Source of the DNA: Gammaproteobacteria bacterium
GTDB lineage: Bacteria > Pseudomonadota > Gammaproteobacteria > Nitrococcales > AK92
Length of the DNA: 40,554 nt
NCBI GenBank assembly: GCA_036278215.1
Contig: DASULL010000339.1
Span: 1-40,554 of the forward strand
Direction of reading: 5' to 3'
The position numbers and the translations under genes were made by a program. Under the pieces are notes generated by a model. It worked only from the letters and a program-made list of their open reading frames with translations. It ran no database searches and was not told the DNA's origin. This document shows positions 22,467 to 31,254 of this stretch, in pieces (position 1 is the stretch's first letter; every line of letters starts with the position of its first letter).

Positions 22467-22859
22467 CTAGTCGCAGTACGCCTGCACTACGCCATCCTTG
22501 CCGCCGCTGACCGCTTTACTGGCGAGCTCGCGCAAGGGAAGCGTGGGATAGTTCAGGACACGCAGCAGCATAGGCAAATTGAGACCGGCGACCACCGCGG
22601 TGCGATGAACGCGGCTGAGACGGCAGGCAATATTGCTCGGCGTCGAGCCGTAGGCATCAGTCAGAACCAGGACGCCATCGCCACGGTCGAGTTCGGCGAT
22701 CAGCCGTTCGGCGTCGGCCTGCATGAGATCGGGGTTGGCGGCTGAGCCCACATCGAGGCAGCGCACCTCCAGCGGGCAGCCATGCATTGCCGCTGCGGCG
22801 ACGCTGAGCAGGGTCTCGCCGACCCCGGCGTGAGTGATCAGCAGCAACCCGACGCTCAT
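22467..22859 (-). CDS. PTS EIIA component, mannose/fructose family
   Basis: 130 aa. The N-terminus MSVGLLLITHAGVG carries the phosphorylatable His typical of EIIA(Man). The start overlaps the rapZ stop (ATGA). Confidence 0.8.
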   Translation of the reverse strand: MSVGLLLITHAGVGETLLSVAAAAMHGCPLEVRCLDVGSAANPDLMQADAERLIAELDRGDGVLVLTDAYGSTPSNIACRLSRVHRTAVVAGLNLPMLLRVLNYPTLPLRELASKAVSGGKDGVVQAYCD

Positions 22860-23713
22860 GCCAGCTCCCGATGCCGGACCAGGACGTTGTCCGACTCTCG
22901 CCGGAAGTGCTCAGCCAGCCGCTCGGTCAGATAGACCGAACGATGCTGACCTCCGGTGCAGCCGATGGCGATGGTCAGATAGCTGCGGCCCTCGCGCTCG
23001 AAACTCGGTAACCAAGCGGCGACGAAGTCGCGGATGTTGGTGTACATGAGCTCGACACTGGCCTGGCTCTCCAGATAGTCGCGGACCTCGGTGTCGCGGC
23101 CGGTGAGGGGGCGCAGCCGAGGTTCCCAGTGGGGATTCGGAAGGCAGCGCACGTCGAACACGTAATCGGCATCCTTAGGTACGCCGTGCTTAAAGCCGAA
23201 CGAGGTGAACAGCAGCGACAGACGGCTGTCAACGCGCCGATCCAGCCGATTGCGGATCAGTTCGCGCAGTTGGTGGACGTTGGTGGCAGTGGTGTCGATG
23301 ACGAGATCGGCGCGCGCCATGATAGGCGCCAGCAGCTCGCTCTCGCGCTGGATCGCTTCGCCCAGCGAGGTGTTTGGCAGGCTCAGCGGATGCCGGCGGC
23401 GGGTCTCGCTGAAGCGCTTGATCAGGGTATCGTCCGCTGCCCGCAGGAACAGGATCTCGCTGTGGACGCCGCGCGCCTTGAGGTCATCGAGGACGCGTGG
23501 GAATTGGGGCAGGTCTTCGGCCGCATTGCGTGCGTCGATGCCGACGGCGTAGCGATCCAGAGGTTTTGCCGAGCTCTCGGTGATATGTCGGCCAAAATCG
23601 GCGAGCAGGCCAATGGGGAGATTATCGATGCAGTAGAAGCCAATGTCTTCCAGCGTGTGCAGGGCGACGCTCTTGCCGGAACCTGATAACCCACTGACGA
23701 TCACGAGCTTCAT
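22856..23713 (-). CDS. rapZ: RNase adapter protein RapZ
   Basis: 285 aa. It has a Walker A motif at the N-terminus (MKLVIVSGLSGSGKS), a RapZ-typical C-terminal part (CTGGQHRSV) and a conserved position in the rpoN operon. Confidence 0.92.
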   Translation of the reverse strand: MKLVIVSGLSGSGKSVALHTLEDIGFYCIDNLPIGLLADFGRHITESSAKPLDRYAVGIDARNAAEDLPQFPRVLDDLKARGVHSEILFLRAADDTLIKRFSETRRRHPLSLPNTSLGEAIQRESELLAPIMARADLVIDTTATNVHQLRELIRNRLDRRVDSRLSLLFTSFGFKHGVPKDADYVFDVRCLPNPHWEPRLRPLTGRDTEVRDYLESQASVELMYTNIRDFVAAWLPSFEREGRSYLTIAIGCTGGQHRSVYLTERLAEHFRRESDNVLVRHRELA

Positions 23714-24255
23714 GTACCTTCCTTTCCCCCCTGTTCAAAGCTAGGTCGGGGCTGCTGGCCGCCCCTGCTTGAGCGCCCTGTTGCCGGTCGCTGGTGCGCC
23801 CTGGCCGCCACCTCCAGCAGAAGCGGGAGATCGCGTCCACCGAAGATGGGTAGGCGCAGGCGCGGGACAGCAACATCCATTATAGAGCGAATGTCTCGCT
23901 CAACCATCAGGGCGTCGACAGGCGGCTGGCGCAGTTCCAGGGCGATCTCGAGATCGACCGGCTGGTCCGAGCGCAGGCACTCCTGACCGAATATCTGGCG
24001 CACATCCAGAATGCCAAGCCCACGGATCGCTACTAGGCCCTGCAGTGGCTCGGGGCAGCGGCCATACAGTCGGCCGCTGCCTAGGTAAAGCTCGACGGCG
24101 TCGTCGGCGATCAGCCGGTGGCCACGGTCGAGCAGTCCAAGCACTGCGTCACTCTTGCCGACGCCGCTCTCACCGCTCAGCAAGACGCCGACTCCGGCAA
24201 TTTCGACCAGGGTACCGGGTAAGATTATGCTGCGGGCGCAGGCTTCGGTGGGCAC
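23710..24255 (-). CDS. hprK: HPr kinase/phosphorylase, catalytic domain only
   Basis: Walker A motif GESGVGKS and the HprK signature VAIRGLGILDV are present. The start is most likely GTG 24255, 2 nt after the ptsN stop, giving 181 aa. The ORF-track start at 24342 (210 aa) would overlap ptsN by 85 nt. Either way the protein is much shorter than full-length HprK. Confidence 0.8.
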   Translation of the reverse strand: MPTEACARSIILPGTLVEIAGVGVLLSGESGVGKSDAVLGLLDRGHRLIADDAVELYLGSGRLYGRCPEPLQGLVAIRGLGILDVRQIFGQECLRSDQPVDLEIALELRQPPVDALMVERDIRSIMDVAVPRLRLPIFGGRDLPLLLEVAARAHQRPATGRSSRGGQQPRPSFEQGGKEGT

Positions 24256-24257
24256 AG

Positions 24258-24728
24258 TCAGCGCATCTGGGCGGTCTCTTGCCAGTCGAGCAGGCGCTGG
24301 TAGATAGCGTCCGTATCGGCTGCTTGCCGCAGTTGCTGACACAGTTCCTGGTCGCTGAACAGCTCAGCAAGATTGGCAAGAATCTGCAGGTGCTCGTCGG
24401 TGAAGTGCTCCGGTACCACCAGGGCGAACAGCAGATCGACTGGTTGTCGGTCGAAGGCGTCGAAGTCGATTCCGTGGTTGAGCCTGATTAGGGCGCCACG
24501 CGGTTCACCTCCGTGAGTCAGCCGGGCGTGCGGCAGCGCGACCCCTTTGCCCAGACCTGTGCTACCCAGCCGTTCCCGGCCGATAAGTTTGTTGAAAATG
24601 ACACCTGCTGGTACGTCGTTGGCATCGTCGGCAAGCATTTCGCTGAGAACTTCCAGCGCCCGCTTCTTGCTGCCGACGTCGGTGTCGATTCGGATGCGCT
24701 CTCTGGTCAGCAGATCGGCGATCTTCAT
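24258..24728 (-). CDS. ptsN: PTS IIA-like nitrogen regulatory protein PtsN (EIIA-Ntr)
   Basis: I place the start at ATG 24728 (MKIADLLTRERI), with alternative GTG 24746. It has the His-containing motif GKGVALPHARL and follows hpf in the rpoN operon. Confidence 0.9.
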   Translation of the reverse strand: MKIADLLTRERIRIDTDVGSKKRALEVLSEMLADDANDVPAGVIFNKLIGRERLGSTGLGKGVALPHARLTHGGEPRGALIRLNHGIDFDAFDRQPVDLLFALVVPEHFTDEHLQILANLAELFSDQELCQQLRQAADTDAIYQRLLDWQETAQMR

Positions 24729-24772
24729 TGTGTTGCGCCGCGGCACCGAAGTGATGCCGCGGCGGCCGCTCC

Positions 24773-25099
24773 TTATTCCAGGGGGCCCTTCAGGGCCGCA
24801 CCTTCGCTGCGGTGGTGGTCAGTGGTCTTTTCTTTGTGCTTCACGAGCTGTCGGTCGATCCGATCGATCAAGCCGTCGATCGCGGCGTACATATCGTCAT
24901 GGACCATATCGGCATACAAGGTGGCTCCGCCCAATTGGATGGTGGCATCTGCTTTCTGTTCAAGCTTGGCGATAGAGAGAACGACGTGAACGTTGACGAT
25001 ATTGTCGACGTGCTGCAAAAGGCGCCGGAATTTGCTGTTGACGTAGTCGCGCAATGGGGTGGTGATCTCGACGTGGTGCCCAGTCAGATTGATATGCAT
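24773..25099 (-). CDS. hpf: Ribosome hibernation promoting factor
   Basis: I place the start at ATG 25099 (MHINLTGHHVEITTPLRDYV), preceded by AAGGAGG, giving 108 aa. It lies directly downstream of rpoN. Confidence 0.92.
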   Translation of the reverse strand: MHINLTGHHVEITTPLRDYVNSKFRRLLQHVDNIVNVHVVLSIAKLEQKADATIQLGGATLYADMVHDDMYAAIDGLIDRIDRQLVKHKEKTTDHHRSEGAALKGPLE

Positions 25100-25121
25100 A
25101 AGGCCTCCTTCTTCGAGCTTG

Positions 25122-26618
25122 TTAACGCAGGCGCCTGCGTTCAGTGGACGAGGCGATGGCCATCGCCTCACGGTACTTCGCTACCGTCCGTCGCGCCACG
25201 TCGATGCCTTCCTCACGCAGCAGTTCCATGAGCCGGTTATCGCTCAGGGGACGGACTGGATCTTCCGCCGCAATCAGGCGGCGGATGCGTGCTCTGATGG
25301 CGGTGGCGGAAGCCTCGTCGCCATCGGTGGTCATCACGTGGCTGGAAAAGAAATACTTGAATTCGAGGGTACCGCGCGGCGTGTGCATGTATTTCTGGGT
25401 GGTGATGCGGGAGATGGTGGATTCATGCATCTCCACTTCATCGGCCACTTCGCGCAGCACCAGCGGCTGCATGTGCTCCTCGCCGTAATCGAAGAAGGCG
25501 CGCTGACGGGCGACTATGCAGCGGGCCACCTTGAGCAGCGTCTCGTTGCGCGAGCGCAGGCTCTTGATGAACCAGCGAGCTTCTTGCAGATGGTTGCGCA
25601 GGGTAGTGTTGTCGGCGCTGTTATCGGCACGCCGGATCAGACTGGCGTAATAACTGTTGATGCGGACTTTCGGCATCGCGTCGCTATTGAGTTCGGCCTG
25701 CCACTCGCCATGCACTTTACGGACGAACACGTCAGGTACGACGTAGTCGATACGCTCGTTGGAAATGCCGGCCCCAGGGCGGGGGTTGAGCGTTTGGATA
25801 AGCGCCATGGTGGCGTGCAGATCGGCCTCGCTGATTTTCATTCTGCGCATAAGCTGAGCGTACTGCCGGTTCACCAATAGATCCAGATGCTGTTCCACCA
25901 ATTCTCTGGCGTATTCCAGGTGGGGGGTGGCCGGATCGAGCTGGGTCAGCTGGATCAGCAAGGCTTCGCCTGGATCGCGGGCGGCGACGCCAACAGGATC
26001 GAAGCGTTGGATGCGCCGCAGTACCGGCAGGATTTCGTCCTCATCGACCTGCCAGTCTGCCGGCAAACTCGCCTGAATGTCGGCCAGCTCGCAGCCCAGA
26101 TAGCCATCGTCGCGTACCGAATCGATGATCGCCTCGGCGATTGCCCGGTCGCGGTCGGTAAAGGTGGTGAGATGGGCCTGCCAGAGCAAGTGCTCGCGCA
26201 GGCTGCCGCCGCTGGCAGCGTGATTTTCCAGCGGGTCGTAGGCATCGTCCGGGTTGGCGGCGCTGTAGCTGGTGGAGCCGTCGTAGATATCGTCCCAATC
26301 GGTATCGAGCGGCAGCTCGTCCGGGATGCCTTCCTGCGAGGCTGCGTCTGCCTCCGACTGCCGCGCCTCCGGCTCGGCCTGCAGCAGCAGAGTAGTCGGA
26401 GCGAGGTCCGGATCGAATTCGTCCGTTTCGCTGGTGAACGGCCCGAGCTCATCGCCGTCGCCGTCGTCGGCCGGTTCCAGCATCAGATTCGAGTCCAGAG
26501 CCTGCTGGATTTCAGTTTGCAGCTCCAGCGTGGAGAGCTGCAGCAGACGGATGGCCTGCTGCAGCTGTGGCGTCATGGTCAGCTGCTGCCCCAGCTTGAG
26601 TTGCAAGGACTGTTTCAT
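25122..26618 (-). CDS. rpoN: RNA polymerase sigma-54 factor
   Basis: The N-terminus is the canonical MKQSLQLKLGQQLTMTPQLQQAIRLLQLSTLEL, starting at ATG 26618. An in-frame ATG at 26627 adds MAG. The C-terminal RpoN box is present (ARRTVAKYRE). Confidence 0.95.
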   Translation of the reverse strand: MKQSLQLKLGQQLTMTPQLQQAIRLLQLSTLELQTEIQQALDSNLMLEPADDGDGDELGPFTSETDEFDPDLAPTTLLLQAEPEARQSEADAASQEGIPDELPLDTDWDDIYDGSTSYSAANPDDAYDPLENHAASGGSLREHLLWQAHLTTFTDRDRAIAEAIIDSVRDDGYLGCELADIQASLPADWQVDEDEILPVLRRIQRFDPVGVAARDPGEALLIQLTQLDPATPHLEYARELVEQHLDLLVNRQYAQLMRRMKISEADLHATMALIQTLNPRPGAGISNERIDYVVPDVFVRKVHGEWQAELNSDAMPKVRINSYYASLIRRADNSADNTTLRNHLQEARWFIKSLRSRNETLLKVARCIVARQRAFFDYGEEHMQPLVLREVADEVEMHESTISRITTQKYMHTPRGTLEFKYFFSSHVMTTDGDEASATAIRARIRRLIAAEDPVRPLSDNRLMELLREEGIDVARRTVAKYREAMAIASSTERRRLR

Positions 26619-26775
26619 GCCTGCCATGAACCGCGTCTCGCTTGCTGGGTGCCGTGGGTGTGGAATCGAAAGATGTTGTTCATGCTTCTTTCAAATGCTA
26701 GCCGAAACACGTGGCCGAGAGAATGACGGCCATCGCGTTTACACCAAGCCGGATTAATGGTGGAGCTGGGTGCAG

Positions 26776-27501
26776 CTACATTCGGAAGTGCTCGCCGAGA
26801 TAGATATCGCGTACTCGCTGATTGGCCAGGATCTCGTTGGCGGAGCCGGAGGCGATTACGTGGCCGTCGCCGAGGATGTAGGCGCGATGGCAGATACCCA
26901 GCGTCTCGCGGACATTGTGGTCGGTAATGAGCACGCCGATGCCGCGGTCGGCGAGGTGGCGGATGATGCCCTGGATGTCGAGTACCGAGATCGGATCGAC
27001 CCCGGCGAAGGGCTCATCGAGCAGGATGAAGCGCGGGTTGGCGGCCAGGGCACGAGCGATCTCCACCCGGCGACGCTCGCCGCCGGACAGACTGATACCG
27101 CGGGAGTTGCGCAGATGGCCGACGTTGAACTCCTCCAGCAGCTCGTCCAGTTCGCGCTGGCGCTGCTCCAGCGACAGCTCCTTGCGCAGCTCGAGCACCG
27201 CCATGATGTTGTCGGCGACGGTGAGCTTGCGAAAGATCGACGCCTCCTGTGGCAGATAACCGATACCTTTACGCGCCCGCAGATGCATCGGCAGCGCCGT
27301 GATGTCTTCGCCGCCAAGCTCGATGTGGCCGGCATCGGGCGTGACCAGCCCGACGATCATGTAAAAGCAGGTAGTTTTGCCGGCGCCGTTGGGACCGAGC
27401 AGGCCGACGATCTCGCCGCTGGAGACATCCAACGAGGCTTCACGTACCACTAATCGGCGCCGGTAGCCCTTGGCGAGCTTGGAAGCGATCAGGCGACTCA
27501 T
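26776..27501 (-). CDS. lptB: LPS export ABC transporter ATP-binding protein LptB
   Basis: 241 aa with Walker A (GPNGAGKTT), the ABC signature ([15 protein letters not shown]) and Walker B (ILLDEPFAG). It sits between lptA and rpoN. Confidence 0.95.
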   Translation of the reverse strand: MSRLIASKLAKGYRRRLVVREASLDVSSGEIVGLLGPNGAGKTTCFYMIVGLVTPDAGHIELGGEDITALPMHLRARKGIGYLPQEASIFRKLTVADNIMAVLELRKELSLEQRQRELDELLEEFNVGHLRNSRGISLSGGERRRVEIARALAANPRFILLDEPFAGVDPISVLDIQGIIRHLADRGIGVLITDHNVRETLGICHRAYILGDGHVIASGSANEILANQRVRDIYLGEHFRM

Positions 27502-28049
27502 TCGGTTGCGCCGCTCTTTTTCTTTTGCTCGGAAGCCTCGGTCGAGCCCTTTTCCGGGAAGAAGGTAATGCGGATGCGCTTGTCGCTATTTTTCGGGGAT
27601 TGTGCGCTGACGGTATCTTGCTGCATGTCGTAGCGGATGGCTTCGCCTTTGAATTCGTTCTTGCCCTGGGTCAGCACGGCACTACCCTGGAGCAGAATGT
27701 GGCCGGGTGCCTGTGGCTGATACTCCATGTAGGTCGCACGGGCGTGTACATATTCCTGCTGGCCTTCCGGCAACTGCCGGAAAGTGGCATTTTTGCCTTC
27801 GGCAATGACGCGGGCCAGATCCCCGGCTGCTGTTGTATGCACCGTCATCTTGTCGGCAGTGATGCGCATGGTGCCTTGGTTGAGTACAACATCACCGGTG
27901 TAGACGCTCACGCCGGTGGTGTTATTCATCTCGGCGCGCTCCGCGCTGAGTTCTACCGGCTGCGTCCGGTCGGAATCCAGGGCGAGGGCGGGCAGCGCCG
28001 ACGCCCCCAGCAGCAGGATACACAGCGGTCTAATTGGCCGACGGAACAT
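27498..28049 (-). CDS. lptA: LPS transport periplasmic protein LptA
   Basis: I place the start at ATG 28049 ([23 protein letters not shown], a signal peptide), giving 183 aa. It has OstA-like repeats. The 340-aa ORF-track entry is a run-on into lptC in another frame. The stop overlaps the lptB start. Confidence 0.88.
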   Translation of the reverse strand: MFRRPIRPLCILLLGASALPALALDSDRTQPVELSAERAEMNNTTGVSVYTGDVVLNQGTMRITADKMTVHTTAAGDLARVIAEGKNATFRQLPEGQQEYVHARATYMEYQPQAPGHILLQGSAVLTQGKNEFKGEAIRYDMQQDTVSAQSPKNSDKRIRITFFPEKGSTEASEQKKKSGATE

Positions 28050-28605
28050 AGCGCCCCCTGACTTCCGATAGCAACTCATAGCGCTCTTCATCGAGGTAGA
28101 CCCTCGCGCCCACGCCGACAAGCCGATTCTGTTCCTGGCGCAGGACCACTGGAGCGGCGGTTTCCGCGTATTTCTGCTGTGGCCGCAGATAGACGTTGCT
28201 GCTGTCGATAGCAACCGGCTGGTTTTCCGCCGAAGCTTCTCGCCAAAGCCGGACTTCGCCCTGCAGCTCCGCTTCCTCGCCCCCAGCCCAGATCCGGCCG
28301 CGCTCGGCGCGACCGTACCAGGGTTCACCAGTTTCGGTGAAGATCTGCATGGTTGGCGATTGCAGCAGCCAGGTGTCCTGATCCGGGCGGTGGACCATGC
28401 GAGCCGAGGTTGCCTGGTACTCCGGCTGGCCCTGGTCGTCGGTCTGCAGCAAGCGCGCGCCGCTGACGTAATAATCGGACTGGGCCGCCTCGTCGCCAAT
28501 GGTGGGCGGCGGCGGCTCAACTCGTCCGCTCAGCAGTTGCCAGCCGACGAAGACTACGGCCAGCAAGGCGGCGAGGGCGAGCACGATCTGGCTAAATCTG
28601 GGCAT
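28030..28605 (-). CDS. lptC: LPS export system protein LptC
   Basis: 191 aa with an N-terminal membrane anchor (IVLALAALLAVVFVGWQLL). Its size and its position between kdsC and lptA match LptC. Confidence 0.85.
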   Translation of the reverse strand: MPRFSQIVLALAALLAVVFVGWQLLSGRVEPPPPTIGDEAAQSDYYVSGARLLQTDDQGQPEYQATSARMVHRPDQDTWLLQSPTMQIFTETGEPWYGRAERGRIWAGGEEAELQGEVRLWREASAENQPVAIDSSNVYLRPQQKYAETAAPVVLRQEQNRLVGVGARVYLDEERYELLSEVRGRYVPSAN

Positions 28606-29158
28606 AGTGCTCCAGCATCGGCGTGAGCTTATCCTGCGCGGCCAGGATCAGTTCACAGACCTCGCGCACAGCGCCGCGGCCGCCGTTGCGACGCGTCTGC
28701 CAGTGGCAGTGCCGAGCGACCCAGGGATGCGCATCGGCGACCGTGGCGGCCAAGCCGACCCGGCGCAGTACCGGCAGGTCGACCAGGTCGTCGCCCATGT
28801 AAGCGGTTTGCGAAGGCGTGACCGCAAGTTCGCGTAGCAGTTCTTCCAGTGCGGGCCATTTCGGGTTACGTCCCTGCAGGACGTGCCGTATCTTCAACTC
28901 CTCCGCCCGCCGGAGCACTGCCTCGCCGCGGCGCGCGGTGAGCAAGGCCACTTCGACGCCGGCGCTCAGCAGCATGCTGACGCCCTTGCCATCGTGAATG
29001 TGAAAGGCTTTCAGCAACTCGCCCTGCTGGCCCATGTAGACGGTGCCATCAGTCAGCACGCCGTCCACGTCGAGTACCAGCAGCCGGATCGGAGCTGCCC
29101 GTCGCAGCACATCGGCATTCGGCAGATCGAAGAAGGTGGCGGCAATGTTCTCAGCCAT
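28592..29158 (-). CDS. kdsC: 3-deoxy-D-manno-octulosonate 8-phosphate phosphatase
   Basis: I place the start at ATG 29158 (MAENIAATFF), giving 188 aa. It has the HAD motif LLVLDVDGVLTDG and GDDLVDLP. It lies downstream of kdsD. Confidence 0.9.
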   Translation of the reverse strand: MAENIAATFFDLPNADVLRRAAPIRLLVLDVDGVLTDGTVYMGQQGELLKAFHIHDGKGVSMLLSAGVEVALLTARRGEAVLRRAEELKIRHVLQGRNPKWPALEELLRELAVTPSQTAYMGDDLVDLPVLRRVGLAATVADAHPWVARHCHWQTRRNGGRGAVREVCELILAAQDKLTPMLEHYAQI

Positions 29159-29159
29159 G

Positions 29160-30209
29160 TCAGACCACCCCGGCTCGCAGCAGATCGTGCATGTTGAAGG
29201 CTCCGGCCAGGCGACCCTCCGCATCCACCACGGGCATGGCGCTGATCTTATGCTCTTCCATCAGGGTGAGTGCTTCGGCGGCCAGTTGCCGCGGCTGCGC
29301 GGTGCGCCCGCCACGGGTCATAACGTCGGCCACGATGGTGCGGTGGACGTCTATGCCGCGGTCCAGGCTGCGGCGCAGATCGCCGTCGGTGAAGATGCCG
29401 AGCAGGACATTGTTGTCGTCGACCACGGCGGTCATGCCCAGGCCCTTGCGGCTCATTTCCAATAGTGCCTCGCGCATGGGGGCGTCAGGTGTGACGCGTG
29501 GGATGCGGTCGCCGGTATGCATGACGTCTTCGATCAGCAGCAGCAGTCGCCGGCCTAGGCGTCCGCCCGGGTGAGAGCGGGCGAAGTCGTCGGCGGTGAA
29601 GCCGCGTGCCTCCAGCAACGCCACCGCCAGGGCATCGCCCATGGCGAGCGCAGCCGTGGTGCTGGCGGTGGGTGCCAAACCGAGCGGGCAGGCCTCTTGG
29701 GCGACGCTGACATCGATATGGGCCGACGCCGCCTGTGCCAGCGTCGAACGGGGGTTGCCGGTCAAGGCAATCAGCGGCACGTCGAGCCGCTTGATCAAAG
29801 GCAGAATGGTGACGATCTCGCTGGTTTCGCCGGAATTCGACAGTGCCAGCACTACATCTTGCGGCGTGATCATCCCCAGGTCGCCATGACTGGCTTCGCC
29901 TGGATGCATGGAAAAGGCTGGGGTGCCGGTGCTGGCAAGGGTGGCGGCGATCTTGCTGCCGATATGGCCGGACTTGCCCATGCCGGTCACCACCACACGC
30001 CCTTGGCAGTGCAGGATGAAACGGCAGGCGCGGACAAAGCTGTCGCCTACCCGGGGGCGCAGCGCCAGTATTGCTTCGGCTTCGGTATTGAGTACGGCAG
30101 TCGCCAGCTGCTGCAGGCGCTCGTCGGTAACGCGTCCGGGTTCATGGCCGCTGCTGCCGATGCCAGACAGGCCGCGATTGTCCCGACGGATTTTTTCCTG
30201 TACTCCCAA
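29160..30209 (-). CDS. kdsD: Arabinose-5-phosphate isomerase KdsD
   Basis: 349 aa from TTG 30209, though the N-terminal boundary is uncertain. It has a SIS domain (VVVTGMGKSGHIGSKIAATLASTGTPAF) plus a tandem CBS pair. Confidence 0.88.
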   Translation of the reverse strand: MGVQEKIRRDNRGLSGIGSSGHEPGRVTDERLQQLATAVLNTEAEAILALRPRVGDSFVRACRFILHCQGRVVVTGMGKSGHIGSKIAATLASTGTPAFSMHPGEASHGDLGMITPQDVVLALSNSGETSEIVTILPLIKRLDVPLIALTGNPRSTLAQAASAHIDVSVAQEACPLGLAPTASTTAALAMGDALAVALLEARGFTADDFARSHPGGRLGRRLLLLIEDVMHTGDRIPRVTPDAPMREALLEMSRKGLGMTAVVDDNNVLLGIFTDGDLRRSLDRGIDVHRTIVADVMTRGGRTAQPRQLAAEALTLMEEHKISAMPVVDAEGRLAGAFNMHDLLRAGVV

Positions 30210-30423
30210 GACCTGATCCCTCGTTCAAAACGGTGCATTCGGGTTTGGCGCAAGTCTACCAGTGGTGGCGGAGTTTAAGCGTTAAACGTGCATTCGTCTT
30301 CGCTGCCCTGTTTGACTAGCGGCTTCGCTTTCCGGATACTCGCGGCACCTTACATGCGCCTGCGCCCAACGCCGCCTGCGTCGGTGTAACGCCAGGCGCC
30401 TAAAATCCGGCATTACGAACAAC

Positions 30424-31254
30424 ATGGACCGTGCGCGGCAAGCCTCAGACGTCCTCATCGAAATCCGCGATCTGCATTTCTCCCGCGGTACGCGAAAGAT
30501 TTTCGACGGCGTCGACATCGACATTCTACGCGGCCAGGTCACCGCTATCATGGGCCCCAGCGGTACCGGCAAAACCACGCTGCTGCGGCTGATCGGCGGC
30601 CAGTTACGGCCGGATCGCGGTTCCATCCGCGTCGACGGTGTCGACGTGCACAAGCTTGGCCGTAGCGCACTGTACCAGTTGCGCCGCCGCATGGGCATGC
30701 TGTTCCAAAGCGGCGCGCTGTTTACCGACCTCAGCGTGTTCGACAACGTGGCCTTTCCGTTGCGTGAGCACACCCGCCTGCCGGAAACCCTGATCCGACA
30801 TCTGGTGCTGCTGAAGCTGGAGGCGGTCGGCTTGCGCGGTGCTCGCGATCTCCAGCCGAGCCAACTGTCCGGTGGCATGGCGCGGCGAGTCGCGCTGGCG
30901 CGGGCGATAGCGCTGGATCCGATGATGGTCATGTACGATGAGCCGTTCTCCGGCCAAGACCCGATTTCCATGGGCGTGCTGGTGCAGCTGATCCGTAAGC
31001 TGAACGACGCGCTCGGTTTGACCAGCATCGTCGTTTCCCACGACGTCCAGGAGACGGCCGCGATCGCTGACCGCATCTACCTGATCTCCGAAGGCAAGGT
31101 AGTGCAGGCGGGGACTTCGCAAGAGCTGTTTGATTCCCAGTCCGCCTGGGCACAGCAGTTCATGCGGGCACTGCCGGACGGGCCGGTGCCATTTCACTAC
31201 CCCGGTCCGGACTTTCGCCGTGACCTGCTCGGCAGCAACGGGACCGACATATGA
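30424..31254 (+). CDS. mlaF: Phospholipid ABC transporter ATP-binding protein MlaF
   Basis: 276 aa with Walker A (GPSGTGKTT), signature [14 protein letters not shown] and Walker B (VMYDEPFSG). It is the first gene of the mlaFEDCB cluster. Confidence 0.92.
   Translation: MDRARQASDVLIEIRDLHFSRGTRKIFDGVDIDILRGQVTAIMGPSGTGKTTLLRLIGGQLRPDRGSIRVDGVDVHKLGRSALYQLRRRMGMLFQSGALFTDLSVFDNVAFPLREHTRLPETLIRHLVLLKLEAVGLRGARDLQPSQLSGGMARRVALARAIALDPMMVMYDEPFSGQDPISMGVLVQLIRKLNDALGLTSIVVSHDVQETAAIADRIYLISEGKVVQAGTSQELFDSQSAWAQQFMRALPDGPVPFHYPGPDFRRDLLGSNGTDI

Noticed and set aside
22061-22510. A 149-aa plus-strand ORF starting inside repeat copy B and running antisense through the NPr gene.
   Set aside because: It starts within the palindromic repeat and overlaps a well-supported HPr-family gene on the opposite strand. 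It has no recognisable motifs.
27498-28520. A 340-aa ORF spanning lptA and most of lptC.
   Set aside because: Only the C-terminal 183 aa, starting at ATG 28049 with a signal peptide, look like LptA. The upstream part is an out-of-frame read-through of lptC with an Arg/Pro-rich nonsense translation.
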